Made by a program: the position numbers and the translations under genes
Shown here: positions 33,711-41,984 of the stretch, in pieces
How the letters are laid out: every line of letters begins with the position of its first letter
How positions within the stretch are numbered: the stretch's first letter is position 1
The notes under the pieces: model-generated
What the model saw: only the letters and a program-made list of their open reading frames with translations
Databases searched by the model: none
Told to the model about the DNA's origin: nothing
Source: Candidatus Peribacteraceae bacterium
GTDB taxonomy: Bacteria; Patescibacteriota; Gracilibacteria; Peribacterales; Peribacteraceae
Direction of reading: 5' to 3'
NCBI GenBank assembly: GCA_013140485.1
Contig: JABFSS010000104.1
Location: forward strand, 1 to 41,984
Length of the DNA: 41,984 nucleotides

Positions 33711-34509
33711 AGCCGGCATTGAAGCGGCGATTGCGCTGGCCGAAGCCGAGACGGGTGTACGCGGAGGGAAGCGGTCCATCCCGCTGTGCTTCTCGCCGGC
33801 GGCCAAACAAAAGGCGCGGGTGTGGACCGAGAAAGAGGAGCAGTTTGTGCGCGATAACCTGGGCCGGATCTCTCAAGCCGAGCTAGCCCGGCAGCTGGAC
33901 CGGACGCCGATCGCTGTAAAGCTGCACTGCCAGCGTGAAATGCACCTCGTCTCTATGTCGAAGGCGCCGGAGATCATCACGGCCGAGCAGGTGGCGAACG
34001 GAATGGGGATCGATGGGAAGTCGGTCCACCGTCTGATGGACACCGGCCTTATGCCGGTGCGCCGGCTTCCAAGCGCCCGGCCCATGCGTGTGATCGATCG
34101 GCTTTCCCTCATGAAGTGGATCCTGAATCCGGATCACTGGTGCTATTTCAAACCGGAGCGTGTCGGCGCGCTCGAGAGGCACTGCAAGCGCGGCATCGGC
34201 GCCGGTTATGACTTCGCCTTTTGGGAGAAAGCGCGAGAGCTCGTCTTGAAAGCACGCCGGACCTGGAAGGACCGGTGGCTTACGCCCGGCCAAGTCGTGA
34301 GGATCCTTAAGATCTACCCGAAGCCGAACGCCGGCCGGCGCAATAACACCGAACGGCTGCGTGGGGTGAGGTACGTGAACGTGGCGATCAGGAAGGGGAA
34401 CCTGAAAGCAACACGCTGGGGCAACTGGTGGATCAAGAAAAGTGATCTGCCAAAACGCGGATGGACGATCAACTATTGTGGCCGGATCGTCAAAAAGAGG
34501 GCGGCATGA
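33700..34509 (+). CDS. Multi-HTH DNA-binding protein
   Basis: WT..EEQFVR...ELARQLDRT Myb-like motif plus two Xis-like HTH segments. Confidence 0.7.
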   Translation: MADKAGIEAAIALAEAETGVRGGKRSIPLCFSPAAKQKARVWTEKEEQFVRDNLGRISQAELARQLDRTPIAVKLHCQREMHLVSMSKAPEIITAEQVANGMGIDGKSVHRLMDTGLMPVRRLPSARPMRVIDRLSLMKWILNPDHWCYFKPERVGALERHCKRGIGAGYDFAFWEKARELVLKARRTWKDRWLTPGQVVRILKIYPKPNAGRRNNTERLRGVRYVNVAIRKGNLKATRWGNWWIKKSDLPKRGWTINYCGRIVKKRAA

Positions 34510-34760
34510 TCAAGCTCTTTGAGGTCTATTTCAGCGAGGGCCGCGCGGCGGAGTTCGCCAAAGTCTGGACCGAACGGCTCCGGGAGCTGACCGGGGAGAA
34601 CCAGGAGATCAGGATCGGCGCGAAGATACTCACCATGAAGGTGGAGGTCCCGGACGGAACGGACACCACCGGCATGAAAGAAGCGCTCCAGAAGGGAACC
34701 GCCGATTACCTGCAGGAAAAGATGGGGGAGCCGGTCGACGTCTGGCTCAAGGAGATCTGA
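34506..34760 (+). CDS. Hypothetical protein
   Basis: ATGA coupling. Confidence 0.65.
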   Translation: MIKLFEVYFSEGRAAEFAKVWTERLRELTGENQEIRIGAKILTMKVEVPDGTDTTGMKEALQKGTADYLQEKMGEPVDVWLKEI

Positions 34761-34763
34761 TGC

Positions 34764-34832
34764 GGTCGGTTTGGTGTAGCGGGCACACTCCAACCATATC
34801 GGGAGAGGGCCGTTTAACTCGGCAGCCGGCCA
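34764..34832 (+). ncRNA. Degenerate tRNA-like element
   Basis: GGTCGGT/GCCGGCC acceptor stem, GTG/CAC D stem, CTCC/GGAG arm with CCATAT loop, GCCG-TTTAACT-CGGC T arm; intergenic. Confidence 0.5.
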
Positions 34833-34854
34833 CCCACCTTAAAGGGGAGAATTC

Positions 34855-35076
34855 ATGAAAACCTTTCGTGAAGTTCAGAAGGAACTTCAGGGAGTTTGCG
34901 GCCCGGCGTTCAACGGAGTCCCAATCACGAAACGCCAGGTCTCAAAGTTCTTCGGGAAGCAGGGAAATCTTTACTCGGCTTTGCATGGAGAAGCCGGAAG
35001 CGATTTGTTGGCAGTACGGCTGTTTTACTCCATGTCGCCGGCATTTTTACAGTTGGGGGAAACGAATGGCACCTGA
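34855..35076 (+). CDS. Hypothetical protein
   Basis: RBS GGGGAG. Confidence 0.55.
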   Translation: MKTFREVQKELQGVCGPAFNGVPITKRQVSKFFGKQGNLYSALHGEAGSDLLAVRLFYSMSPAFLQLGETNGT

Positions 35077-35269
35077 GAATTACTGGTTTCGCTGTCCGGC
35101 CTGCCGGGCGCTTCAGTTCATCAACTATCACCAGGCCAAGGGGAACGAGCCGATCAAATGCCAGGCGGCGGGCTGCGGGTTCAAGGAAACCGGGATCGTC
35201 ACGCCGATGGTGGAAACCACCGTGGCCGGCGGGCCGAATTTCGACACCAAGCTGACGCCGATCATCTGA
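35066..35269 (+). CDS. Zn-ribbon protein
   Basis: RCPAC...KC...GCGF. Confidence 0.6.
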   Translation: MAPENYWFRCPACRALQFINYHQAKGNEPIKCQAAGCGFKETGIVTPMVETTVAGGPNFDTKLTPII

Positions 35270-35448
35270 TGGCATTGACCCTGGAGACTGTTCAGCAGGA
35301 AGGATCCACGGACACCAACGCTTTTTACCGCGTGGAGGTCCGGGCGAACGGGAAAACGATCTGGCGCGGGTTCGTCTACGGACACAACCGGAACAATGGT
35401 TGGCCAGAGCTGCTGCGATTAATCGCTGACGAAAAGGAGCGGGAATAG
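35269..35448 (+). CDS. Hypothetical protein
   Basis: TGATG coupling. Confidence 0.6.
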   Translation: MALTLETVQQEGSTDTNAFYRVEVRANGKTIWRGFVYGHNRNNGWPELLRLIADEKERE

Positions 35449-35449
35449 C

Positions 35450-36271
35450 ATGGCTGAGCGCACTGGCATTGAGTGGGCGGACGCCACGTGGAACCCCTGG
35501 ATGGGCTGCACCAAGGTTTCCGAGGGCTGCAAGAACTGCTACATGTTCCGGGACATGAAACGGTACGGCAAGGATCCCACCCGGGTGGTCCGCTCCCTTA
35601 CCACCTTCAAAGCGCCGTTGAAGTGGTTGAACGATGGGAAGGTTCCGGCCGGCGCCAAGATTTTCACCTGCAGCTGGAGCGACTTCTTCCATCCGGATGC
35701 GGATCCTTGGCGGCAGGAGGCGTGGGACATCATCGGCCGCACGCCGGAGTTCACGTACCTGATCCTGACGAAGCGGCCGGAGAGGATCGCGGCCCACCTG
35801 CCGAAGAACTGGGGAGAAGGCTGGCCGAACGTCTGGCTGGGGGTGAGCGCGGAGAATCAGGACCGCGCAGACGAGCGGCTCTTTCTCCTGATGAACACGC
35901 CGGCCCGGGTGCGCTTTGTCAGCGCCGAGCCACTCCTGGGGCCCATCGACTTCACCCGCGTGGCGGTCGGCAAGCGGTTCGTGGACGGCAAGTGGGAGGC
36001 CGAGCGATACAACGCTTTCCAGGACCGGGTGCTTTTCACGGATGAAGGCGACGTGGAGCTCGGCCGGATCCATTGGGTGATCACCGGCGGCGAGAGCGAT
36101 TTCCAAGCGCCGCGGCCGTTCAATCCCGGCTGGGTGGCCGACATCGCCGAAGAATGCCGCCGGCATGGGACCGCACTATTCCACAAGCAGAACGGCGGGA
36201 CCCGGAAGGTAGACGGAGCGTGGGGCGGCCGGGAGGTCATCGGCATGGTCTACAGCGAGTTCCCGCGATGA
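35450..36271 (+). CDS. DUF5131 / phage Gp37-Gp68 family protein
   Basis: TGIEWADATWNP..GCTKVSEGCKNCY, SDFFH, LTKRPER, SAEPLLG, WVITGGES. Confidence 0.92.
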   Translation: MAERTGIEWADATWNPWMGCTKVSEGCKNCYMFRDMKRYGKDPTRVVRSLTTFKAPLKWLNDGKVPAGAKIFTCSWSDFFHPDADPWRQEAWDIIGRTPEFTYLILTKRPERIAAHLPKNWGEGWPNVWLGVSAENQDRADERLFLLMNTPARVRFVSAEPLLGPIDFTRVAVGKRFVDGKWEAERYNAFQDRVLFTDEGDVELGRIHWVITGGESDFQAPRPFNPGWVADIAEECRRHGTALFHKQNGGTRKVDGAWGGREVIGMVYSEFPR

Positions 36272-36474
36272 CGGAAGAAACCGAACCGTGGGAACCGGAA
36301 CTGCCGCCGCAGAAATGGCAGCGCCGCCCGCCGAAGCGCCTGCAGCCGATCTGCGATCGGCGCGGGCACCACGTTTATTTCGAGCAGAAGGCACCCCTGG
36401 GGGTGAAGGTCATGTCCACGGAACGGCAGCTGACGCCCTGCGTCGACTGCGGGTTTAAACCAGGAGGGGAATGA
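36268..36474 (+). CDS. Hypothetical protein
   Basis: ATGA coupling; C...GH...C..CG. Confidence 0.55.
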   Translation: MTEETEPWEPELPPQKWQRRPPKRLQPICDRRGHHVYFEQKAPLGVKVMSTERQLTPCVDCGFKPGGE

Positions 36475-36818
36475 AAATGAAGAACGGAGATCAACCACAA
36501 GGCGGAGAGGTGGGCCAACCAACACCAGGACCGGAAAGCGGCCCGACCGAGCAACCCACGCCGCCCCCTGGGCCACAGGAAGGGGAGCGGGTCAGCATCG
36601 CGGAGGATGAAACGCGGCCCATGATCATGATTCTGGAGAACGCGGACGGCACGATCACCATCGGCCACAAGAACTGCGATTTCCTGCTGGCCGGGCCCGC
36701 TCTCATCTACAAGGCGCAGCTGCACGTCGAGTCCAAGCTGATGTACGAGAAGTTCAAGCACTTCAAGCAGATGGACCGGGACGCGCAGCGGATCATCGTG
36801 CCGGGCGGACGCCGGTGA
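36471..36818 (+). CDS. Hypothetical protein
   Basis: RBS AGGAGG; ATGA coupling. Confidence 0.65.
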   Translation: MKMKNGDQPQGGEVGQPTPGPESGPTEQPTPPPGPQEGERVSIAEDETRPMIMILENADGTITIGHKNCDFLLAGPALIYKAQLHVESKLMYEKFKHFKQMDRDAQRIIVPGGRR

Positions 36819-36918
36819 TCGAACCGATGGACGCACTGATCGAGTGGATCGACGCGGCGTACAGAGTCGCTTTCGTCGCCGTGCTCTCCATCGCTGTCGG
36901 CGTCGGGATCTGGAAGGA

Positions 36919-37284
36919 ATGGCAATCCCGGCGTTCCTGAAACCGCGCCGGCGGTTCCGGTCCTTCGGGGTGCAGGACACCCGCTTCGGCAACAAGCGCG
37001 TGGAGTTCGCCGGACAGAAGTTCGATTCCAAGCGGGAGGCCGATCGCTTCATCGCGCTGCGGGAGCTGCAGAAGGAAGGGAAGATCTCCCAGCTGGAGCT
37101 GCAGCCGGTCTTCGAGATCGTCATAGCCGGCGTGCCAGTCTGCAAGTACCGCGGCGATTTCCGGTATTGCCGCGCGGGCGCGTGGGTGGTCGAGGACGTC
37201 AAGGGTATCAAGACCGAGATCTACCGGCTGAAGAAGAAGCTCATGCACGCGGTGCTCGGGATCCAGATCCAGGAGATCAGCTGA
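36919..37284 (+). CDS. DUF1064 family PD-(D/E)xK nuclease (resolvase-like)
   Basis: FDSKREA.R...L, LELQP.F, Y.GDF.Y, VVEDVKG..T..YRLKKKL. Confidence 0.9.
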   Translation: MAIPAFLKPRRRFRSFGVQDTRFGNKRVEFAGQKFDSKREADRFIALRELQKEGKISQLELQPVFEIVIAGVPVCKYRGDFRYCRAGAWVVEDVKGIKTEIYRLKKKLMHAVLGIQIQEIS

Positions 37285-37307
37285 TGCCGGACCCGCAGGA
37301 GTAAGCC

Positions 37308-37511
37308 GTGCAGAAATCCGGGGGAGGACCGGGGGCCGTTCCAGAGTCCTACGAGTGGCTCCCGGATTTCTTGCGGCGGGTCCGCGAGGTCGAGGCCGCG
37401 GGCTATGGTTTCGTGACCGTTGAGATCGTGAAGGGCAAGGCGGAGATGCTCAGGCATCAGGTCGACAGCCGGATTGTCAAGCCGGAGAAAATCACCGCCC
37501 CAAGTTTGTGA
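37308..37511 (+). CDS. Small protein resembling the YezD/DUF2292 helix plus beta-hairpin type
   Basis: RBS AGGAG + GTG; GYGFVTVEIVKGK motif; last gene before the late leader. Confidence 0.6.
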   Translation: MQKSGGGPGAVPESYEWLPDFLRRVREVEAAGYGFVTVEIVKGKAEMLRHQVDSRIVKPEKITAPSL

Positions 37512-37524
37512 TACGCTTGATGGT

Positions 37525-37660
37525 GGTCCACGGCAAAGGTCCAAAGCCGTAAACGGATAGGACCGGCGCCTACACGTAGGCTCTAAGGCAGAAAACTGCA
37601 AGGGGCTGAGTGGCTGAAGGGTTTCGTCACCTTCGGTTACTCAGCCCCTTTTTCTTTTTT
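37525..37660 (+). ncRNA. Structured late-operon leader RNA (candidate antitermination switch)
   Basis: Several mutually exclusive stems overlapping the terminator 5' strand. Confidence 0.5.
37600..37660 (+). terminator. Strong intrinsic terminator upstream of the late genes
   Basis: 21-bp stem 37600-37620/37630-37650 (3 G-U pairs) plus TTTCTTTTTT. Confidence 0.9.
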
Positions 37661-37676
37661 GCGAAAGGGGGAGGGA

Positions 37677-37886
37677 ATGAGCCGAAGCAGCACGACCGTG
37701 CCCGGGTATCGGTTCTCTCTTTATCGGCAGGACTCGAACCGGGGGAGCCAGGACGACGAGTGCGTGTGCGGGGAGCCCCGCCGGCAGCATGACGGCGGAG
37801 CCGGGGCCTGCAGCGAGAACCGGTACGGCGGCCACGGCGACAGCGGACCGTGCAACCGCTTCGTGCTGGGACGGCGGGCCCGCTGA
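37677..37886 (+). CDS. Small Cys/His protein
   Basis: RBS GGAGG; CVCG....H.....C...C..F. Confidence 0.6.
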   Translation: MSRSSTTVPGYRFSLYRQDSNRGSQDDECVCGEPRRQHDGGAGACSENRYGGHGDSGPCNRFVLGRRAR

Positions 37887-38911
37887 TGTGGTCCGGCTTT
37901 GAAGCGCTGATCCCTTACTTCGGCGGCAAGCGGTCGCTCTGCCCGGCGATCTTCAAGGAGATCGGCCGGGTGATCCCGCAGGCGGACTGGCAGGATTGCA
38001 CGCTGGTCGACGGCTTCACCGGCGGCGGCGCGGTCTCGCTGTACGCCAAGGCGCAGGGGATGCGCGTGATTTCCAACGACCTGGCGGACCGCAGCCGGAT
38101 CGTCATCGACTCGCTGATCGTGAACGACCGGGTCACGCTCTCGGAGGAGGACCTGGCCCGTCTGTTCGTGGGATCCACCAGCAGCGCGTTCGTGGAGCAG
38201 AACTTCGTGCCGGCTATGTTCATGCGGAAGCACGCGCAGTTTCTGGATCAGGCGCTGGGGGCCGTGGACGCGATCGAACACCGCACCAAGGCGCAGCTGC
38301 TGAGGCTGGCGCTGGTCAAGTACATGCTGAAGATCACGCCATACAGCCAGATCCACTCGGTGAATTATTTCCAAAGCCTGGAGGACGAGGAATATCACCG
38401 GCTCGGCCGGTCGCGCACCAAGAAGATCCCCTACACCTGCATGCCGGCGATCCGGATCCTGCAGGAGGCCCGGGCCCAGATCAACCGGGCCGTGTTCCCG
38501 AACGGCCAGATCAACGAGGCACGGCAAATGGACGTCTTTCAGTGCCTGGACGAGGTCCAAGCGGACATCTGCTACCTGGATCCGCCGTATGCCGGCGCTC
38601 AGCCCTATGAGGTCTTTTACGGCGTGCTGGACCAGATCCTTGAGCGCCGCCGGTTCGAGCCGAAGGTGAGCGACTTCAACAGCCAGGACGCCAAGCGGTT
38701 CCTGCAGCAGCTGCTGGAAGCCGCCCGCAAGTTCCGGGTGGTGGTGCTCAGCTACGGCAGCCAGCGGTACAGCTTCGAGGAGTTCCAGCAGGCCGTGCAG
38801 GCGGTGGAGCCGGCTGCGCGGTGCTACCCGCTGAATTTCCGGTATGCGTTCACGCGCAAGTCGGACGCCGAGTCGGTCCGAAAAGAGTTGCTGGCGGTCA
38901 TTACGCGATAG
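37886..38911 (+). CDS. DNA adenine methyltransferase (D12/Dam-like class)
   Basis: PYFGGKR, DGFTGGGAVS, ND, YLDPPY. Confidence 0.92.
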   Translation: MWSGFEALIPYFGGKRSLCPAIFKEIGRVIPQADWQDCTLVDGFTGGGAVSLYAKAQGMRVISNDLADRSRIVIDSLIVNDRVTLSEEDLARLFVGSTSSAFVEQNFVPAMFMRKHAQFLDQALGAVDAIEHRTKAQLLRLALVKYMLKITPYSQIHSVNYFQSLEDEEYHRLGRSRTKKIPYTCMPAIRILQEARAQINRAVFPNGQINEARQMDVFQCLDEVQADICYLDPPYAGAQPYEVFYGVLDQILERRRFEPKVSDFNSQDAKRFLQQLLEAARKFRVVVLSYGSQRYSFEEFQQAVQAVEPAARCYPLNFRYAFTRKSDAESVRKELLAVITR

Positions 38912-38919
38912 GGGGATCC

Positions 38920-39585
38920 ATGGCAGAGCAGATCGAGGTCTTTCATTCGGTGGCGCTGATCGAGCTGGGGCGGATCCGGCCCAACGATTACAACCCGAAC
39001 GCGATGCCGCCGGCGATCTATCAGAACCTGGTCGACAACATCAAGGCGCGGGGCTTCAAGAGCGCCATTTACGTCCGGGCGGGCCTGCAGGAAGGCACGT
39101 TTGTCATCGTGGACGGAGAGCATCGCTGGCGGGCCGCCCAGCAGGCCGGGGCCTTGAAGATCCCCTGCGTGGTCCTTCCGGCCACGGAGCAGGAAGCCAT
39201 GCTGGACACCATCACCATGAACCAGCTGCGCGGCAACCTCGTGCCGGTCAAGCTGGCGCTGGTGATCGCCCACCTGGCGCAGACAATCCCGGTCCCCGAG
39301 CTGGAGCGCCAGCTGGGGTTCGAAGAAAAAGAGCTGCAGGACACGTTGGAATTGCTGAAGTTGCCGGACGACATCACCAAGACGATCGAGATGGCCGCTG
39401 AGATGGAGGAGCGGGAAGCGCTCAACGTGGTGACCTTCGTGCTGAAGAAGCCGGCTGCGGAGTTGGTCGAGAAAGTGATCGCAGAAATTGAGAAAGAAAT
39501 GGAGGGGAAAAACACGCGCGGGCAGGCGTTGGAACGGCTGGTGCAGGTCTACCAGAAGGCCGGATCCAGCGTGACCGCGGCGTGA
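38920..39585 (+). CDS. Third ParB-like nuclease-domain protein
   Basis: PNDYNPN.M, IVDGEHRWRAA, T..MNQLRG. Confidence 0.88.
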   Translation: MAEQIEVFHSVALIELGRIRPNDYNPNAMPPAIYQNLVDNIKARGFKSAIYVRAGLQEGTFVIVDGEHRWRAAQQAGALKIPCVVLPATEQEAMLDTITMNQLRGNLVPVKLALVIAHLAQTIPVPELERQLGFEEKELQDTLELLKLPDDITKTIEMAAEMEEREALNVVTFVLKKPAAELVEKVIAEIEKEMEGKNTRGQALERLVQVYQKAGSSVTAA

Positions 39586-39595
39586 TCCAGCAACT

Positions 39596-40108
39596 ATGGC
39601 GTCGAGAGGCCGCGAAGAACTAAGAGATCGAGCCAGAAGGGTTTACCGCCTTCTGATCAGGGGCATTGAAGCCAGCGAAATTGCAAAGCTGGAAAACTTG
39701 CCGCTGCGCACCACGTACTGGCTGATGCAGGAAGGCGGCCGGATCCTGGGGGCCGACATCGCGGGGCTGACCAAGGACGGCGTCCTGCGGGACCTGGTCG
39801 TCAGCCACCGGGAGCGGAAGAAGGAGATCTGGTTCTTGTTTTCGGCGCCGACCGCGTCTCCGGCCTTCAAGCTCACCTGCCTGGGGCAGCTGGGCGATGA
39901 GGATGACCGGTTCCTGGGCTTCATGGAGCGGTTGGGGCTGGTGGCTGGGAAGCCCGCGCCGGGCGTGTCGGTTGGGGTGGTGGTGAACAACAACCCTTCG
40001 GAGAAACCGAAGGAGCTTTCCGAACAAGAGGGGGAAGCGCTTGCCAGAGCAATTGTCTCAGCTCGACAAGATCAGCGAAATCGTATCCGGGAAACTGACG
40101 CTCCCTAA
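39596..40108 (+). CDS. terS: Terminase small subunit (putative)
   Basis: N-terminal HTH (EIAKLENL..RT); directly before terL. Confidence 0.65.
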   Translation: MASRGREELRDRARRVYRLLIRGIEASEIAKLENLPLRTTYWLMQEGGRILGADIAGLTKDGVLRDLVVSHRERKKEIWFLFSAPTASPAFKLTCLGQLGDEDDRFLGFMERLGLVAGKPAPGVSVGVVVNNNPSEKPKELSEQEGEALARAIVSARQDQRNRIRETDAP

Positions 40109-41528
40109 AGAGCAGCGGATCCAGCTGGCCAAGAAACACAGCTGGTATTTGGGGAGCGAGTACCTCGGCTACGACGTGGAGCCATTCCACATGGATTGGC
40201 ACAACCTCGCCCAGGACCACGTCGTGATCCGCGACATGCTGAAGGCCCCGCGCGGCCATCTCAAATCCACCAGCTGGACGATCTCGCACACCGTGCATCA
40301 CGTCATCCAGGACCGCAACTGGCGGTCGCTGATCGTCTCCAAGACCAAGGGGCAGGCGGAGCTGTTCCTGAGCGAGATCCAGGATCACCTGCAGAACGAA
40401 AAGCTCACGGACGATTTCGGCGTTTTCTATGACCGGGCCCAGACGTGGCGGCAAGACGCCATCACCGTGCTGGGCCGCACCAAGGTCATGAAGGAGCCGA
40501 CCATCACGGCGATCGGGGTGGGCGGGTCCGTGGTGTCCCGGCACGTCGACGAGATCATTCTGGACGACGTTGTCGACGACAAGAACAGCCAGACCGAACA
40601 CCAGCGGGAGCAGATGCGGACCTGGATCCGCAAGACGCTGCTGCCGATCCTGGAGCCGGGCAGAAAGATGATGATCGTTGGCACGCCGTGGCACCCGCAG
40701 GACGTCTATCAGTGGCTGGAGGACCGCTGGAACAGGATCCCGCCGCCGGAGCGCCTGCGCTACCGGGTGTCCAAGTTCAAATCGCTGAAGGATGACGGCA
40801 CCGCGCTCTGGCCGGCCAAGTACCCGGTGAAGGAGCTGGAGCGGATGCGCAATTACGAGATGGGCGACGCGCTGTTCCGCTGCCAGATGCAATGCGACCC
40901 CTCCGGCCTGGTCGGCAAGATGTTCCATTTCGACTGGCTGCAGTTTCACACCAAGGCCGAGCTGCCCCGGCTGGAGGACATGGACATAGTCGCGGCCTGG
41001 GACCCTTCGGCCAAGGAGACCGAGACCGGCAGCTACTTCGCCGGCGTTTGCGTGGGGCGGCACCGCCAGACCGGCCTGATCTACATCCTGGACCGCTTCC
41101 GTGGCCATCCCACGATGCAGGAAGCGATCGCGCTCAGCCAGATGTGGCAGCAGATGTGGAAGCCCACACAGCAGGGTTTCGAGACCAACCAAATGGGCAT
41201 GCTCGCGCCGCACATGAAGCGGCTCGGCTTGCCGATCAAAGAAGTTACCGCCGACCGGGACAAGCGGATCCGGGCATTGCTGGTGCAGGTGTTTTTTCAA
41301 AACAGGTTGGTGTCGTTCGAACGCGGCGCAGACGATCTGATGCTGCAGGAGTATTTGGATTTCCCGGAAGGGGAACACAACGACCTGATGGACGCGCTGG
41401 TGTGGTGCTTGATCCTCCTCATGAGGAAAACGGGCGGCAGCTCTCTGGACAAGAAGCCGGATTCAACGCCGCCGGTGACTGGTGGGGGACGACCTGAAAC
41501 CGCAGGGCTAACTGGAAAGGATTTCTGA
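40041..41528 (+). CDS. terL: Terminase large subunit
   Basis: APRGHLKST, IILDD, IVGTPWH, AWDPS, HNDLMDA; TTG start with GAGGGG RBS. Confidence 0.93.
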   Translation: MPEQLSQLDKISEIVSGKLTLPKEQRIQLAKKHSWYLGSEYLGYDVEPFHMDWHNLAQDHVVIRDMLKAPRGHLKSTSWTISHTVHHVIQDRNWRSLIVSKTKGQAELFLSEIQDHLQNEKLTDDFGVFYDRAQTWRQDAITVLGRTKVMKEPTITAIGVGGSVVSRHVDEIILDDVVDDKNSQTEHQREQMRTWIRKTLLPILEPGRKMMIVGTPWHPQDVYQWLEDRWNRIPPPERLRYRVSKFKSLKDDGTALWPAKYPVKELERMRNYEMGDALFRCQMQCDPSGLVGKMFHFDWLQFHTKAELPRLEDMDIVAAWDPSAKETETGSYFAGVCVGRHRQTGLIYILDRFRGHPTMQEAIALSQMWQQMWKPTQQGFETNQMGMLAPHMKRLGLPIKEVTADRDKRIRALLVQVFFQNRLVSFERGADDLMLQEYLDFPEGEHNDLMDALVWCLILLMRKTGGSSLDKKPDSTPPVTGGGRPETAGLTGKDF

Positions 41529-41984
41529 TGGAACTCAAAATCGGACGACTCGAATTAAGACTGGCTGCGGGCAAGAAGCAGCCCACCGTGCAAGAGCTGG
41601 GCAGCACCGGGACCGTGAATTACAGCGGGTTCCTCTACGAGGAATACAACCAGGAGCTGATCGGCCGCAAGGGCATCGAGATGTGGGACAAGATGCGCAA
41701 GAGCGACGGCATGATCCGGGCGATCCTGCTGGCGCTGGAGCTGCCGATCCGCAGCGCGGAGTGGTACGTCGACGACAACGGCGGCAAAGCGCCAAAGGAA
41801 GCGGTCGAGTTCCTGAACCGGGCCCTGTTCGATGAGATGAGCATCACCTGGAGCGAGTTCCTGAAGCATGCGCTCCTGATGTTCCCGTTCGGTTTCAGCG
41901 TCTTCGAGAAGGTCTACAAGTACGAGGCCGGCTACTACTTCTGGAAGAAGCTGGCGCCCCGCCTGCCGAAGACCGTCTACAAGT
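41528..41984 (+). CDS. Portal protein, N-terminal part (continues across the circular junction)
   Basis: ATG overlaps the terL stop (TGATG); open frame MELKIGRLE...MRKSDGMIRAILLALELPIRSAEW... is in frame with ORF 11..1873; total about 723 aa. Confidence 0.9.
   Translation, partial: MELKIGRLELRLAAGKKQPTVQELGSTGTVNYSGFLYEEYNQELIGRKGIEMWDKMRKSDGMIRAILLALELPIRSAEWYVDDNGGKAPKEAVEFLNRALFDEMSITWSEFLKHALLMFPFGFSVFEKVYKYEAGYYFWKKLAPRLPKTVYK
41827..41984. repeat. Terminal overlap of a circular assembly (right copy)
   Basis: 157/158 identity to 1-158. Confidence 0.97.

Larger units (their letters stand above)
1..41984. mobile_element. Complete temperate tailed phage genome (siphovirus-type tail, Mu-like head), excised/circular form
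   Basis: Terminase, portal, protease, MCP, tail, integrase, repressor, intact attP and circular overlap are all present; no host genes seen. Confidence 0.95.

Noticed and set aside
37530..37620. Firm call of a c-di-GMP-I riboswitch
   Set aside because: Resemblance is partial: junction bases differ, there is no clean GNRA loop and no clear P1; kept only as a candidate structured RNA
41827..41984. Biological direct terminal repeat
   Set aside because: The repeat falls mid-portal gene and restores a continuous ORF, which is typical of assembly circularisation overlap
1..41984. CRISPR array or alternative genetic code
   Set aside because: No regularly spaced repeat-spacer units seen; genes tile densely under the standard code using TAA, TGA and TAG stops

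Overview
The window looks like one complete, circularly permuted temperate tailed-phage genome of about 41.8 kb. Bases 1-158 repeat at 41827-41984 with one mismatch, and the cut falls inside the portal gene. It combines a Mu-like head module (DUF935-type portal fused to a gpF/SPP1-gp7 domain, gp32-type protease, capsid cement, MCP, gp36- and gpG-like neck) with a siphovirus-type tail (tube, chaperone with a -1 frameshift, tape measure, Dit, hub, fibres). It also has a membrane/lysis block with no recognisable endolysin, and an attP carrying the 5' half of tRNA-Pro(GGG) with arm repeats. The lysogeny region holds a toxin-antitoxin-like pair, a tyrosine integrase and a cI/cro switch. A long early operon encodes Xis, an Mgm101-like annealase, a DUF1376-HNH initiator, a SleB-like hydrolase, two ParB proteins, a HerA-like ATPase, DUF5131, DUF1064 and two tRNA-like elements. 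A late leader precedes an adenine methyltransferase, a third ParB and the terminase subunits. The most interesting signals are: (i) a perfect 16-bp parS-like palindrome present twice, once inside parB and once near attP, with no ParA; (ii) a small protein, a bistable RNA and a 21-bp terminator gating the late operon; (iii) the 5'-tRNA attP; (iv) an initiator-like tRNA with altered invariant bases; (v) a 35-bp immunity-region element duplicated in the tail operon. All family assignments come from motif recognition by eye, not database searches, and the host is not determined.
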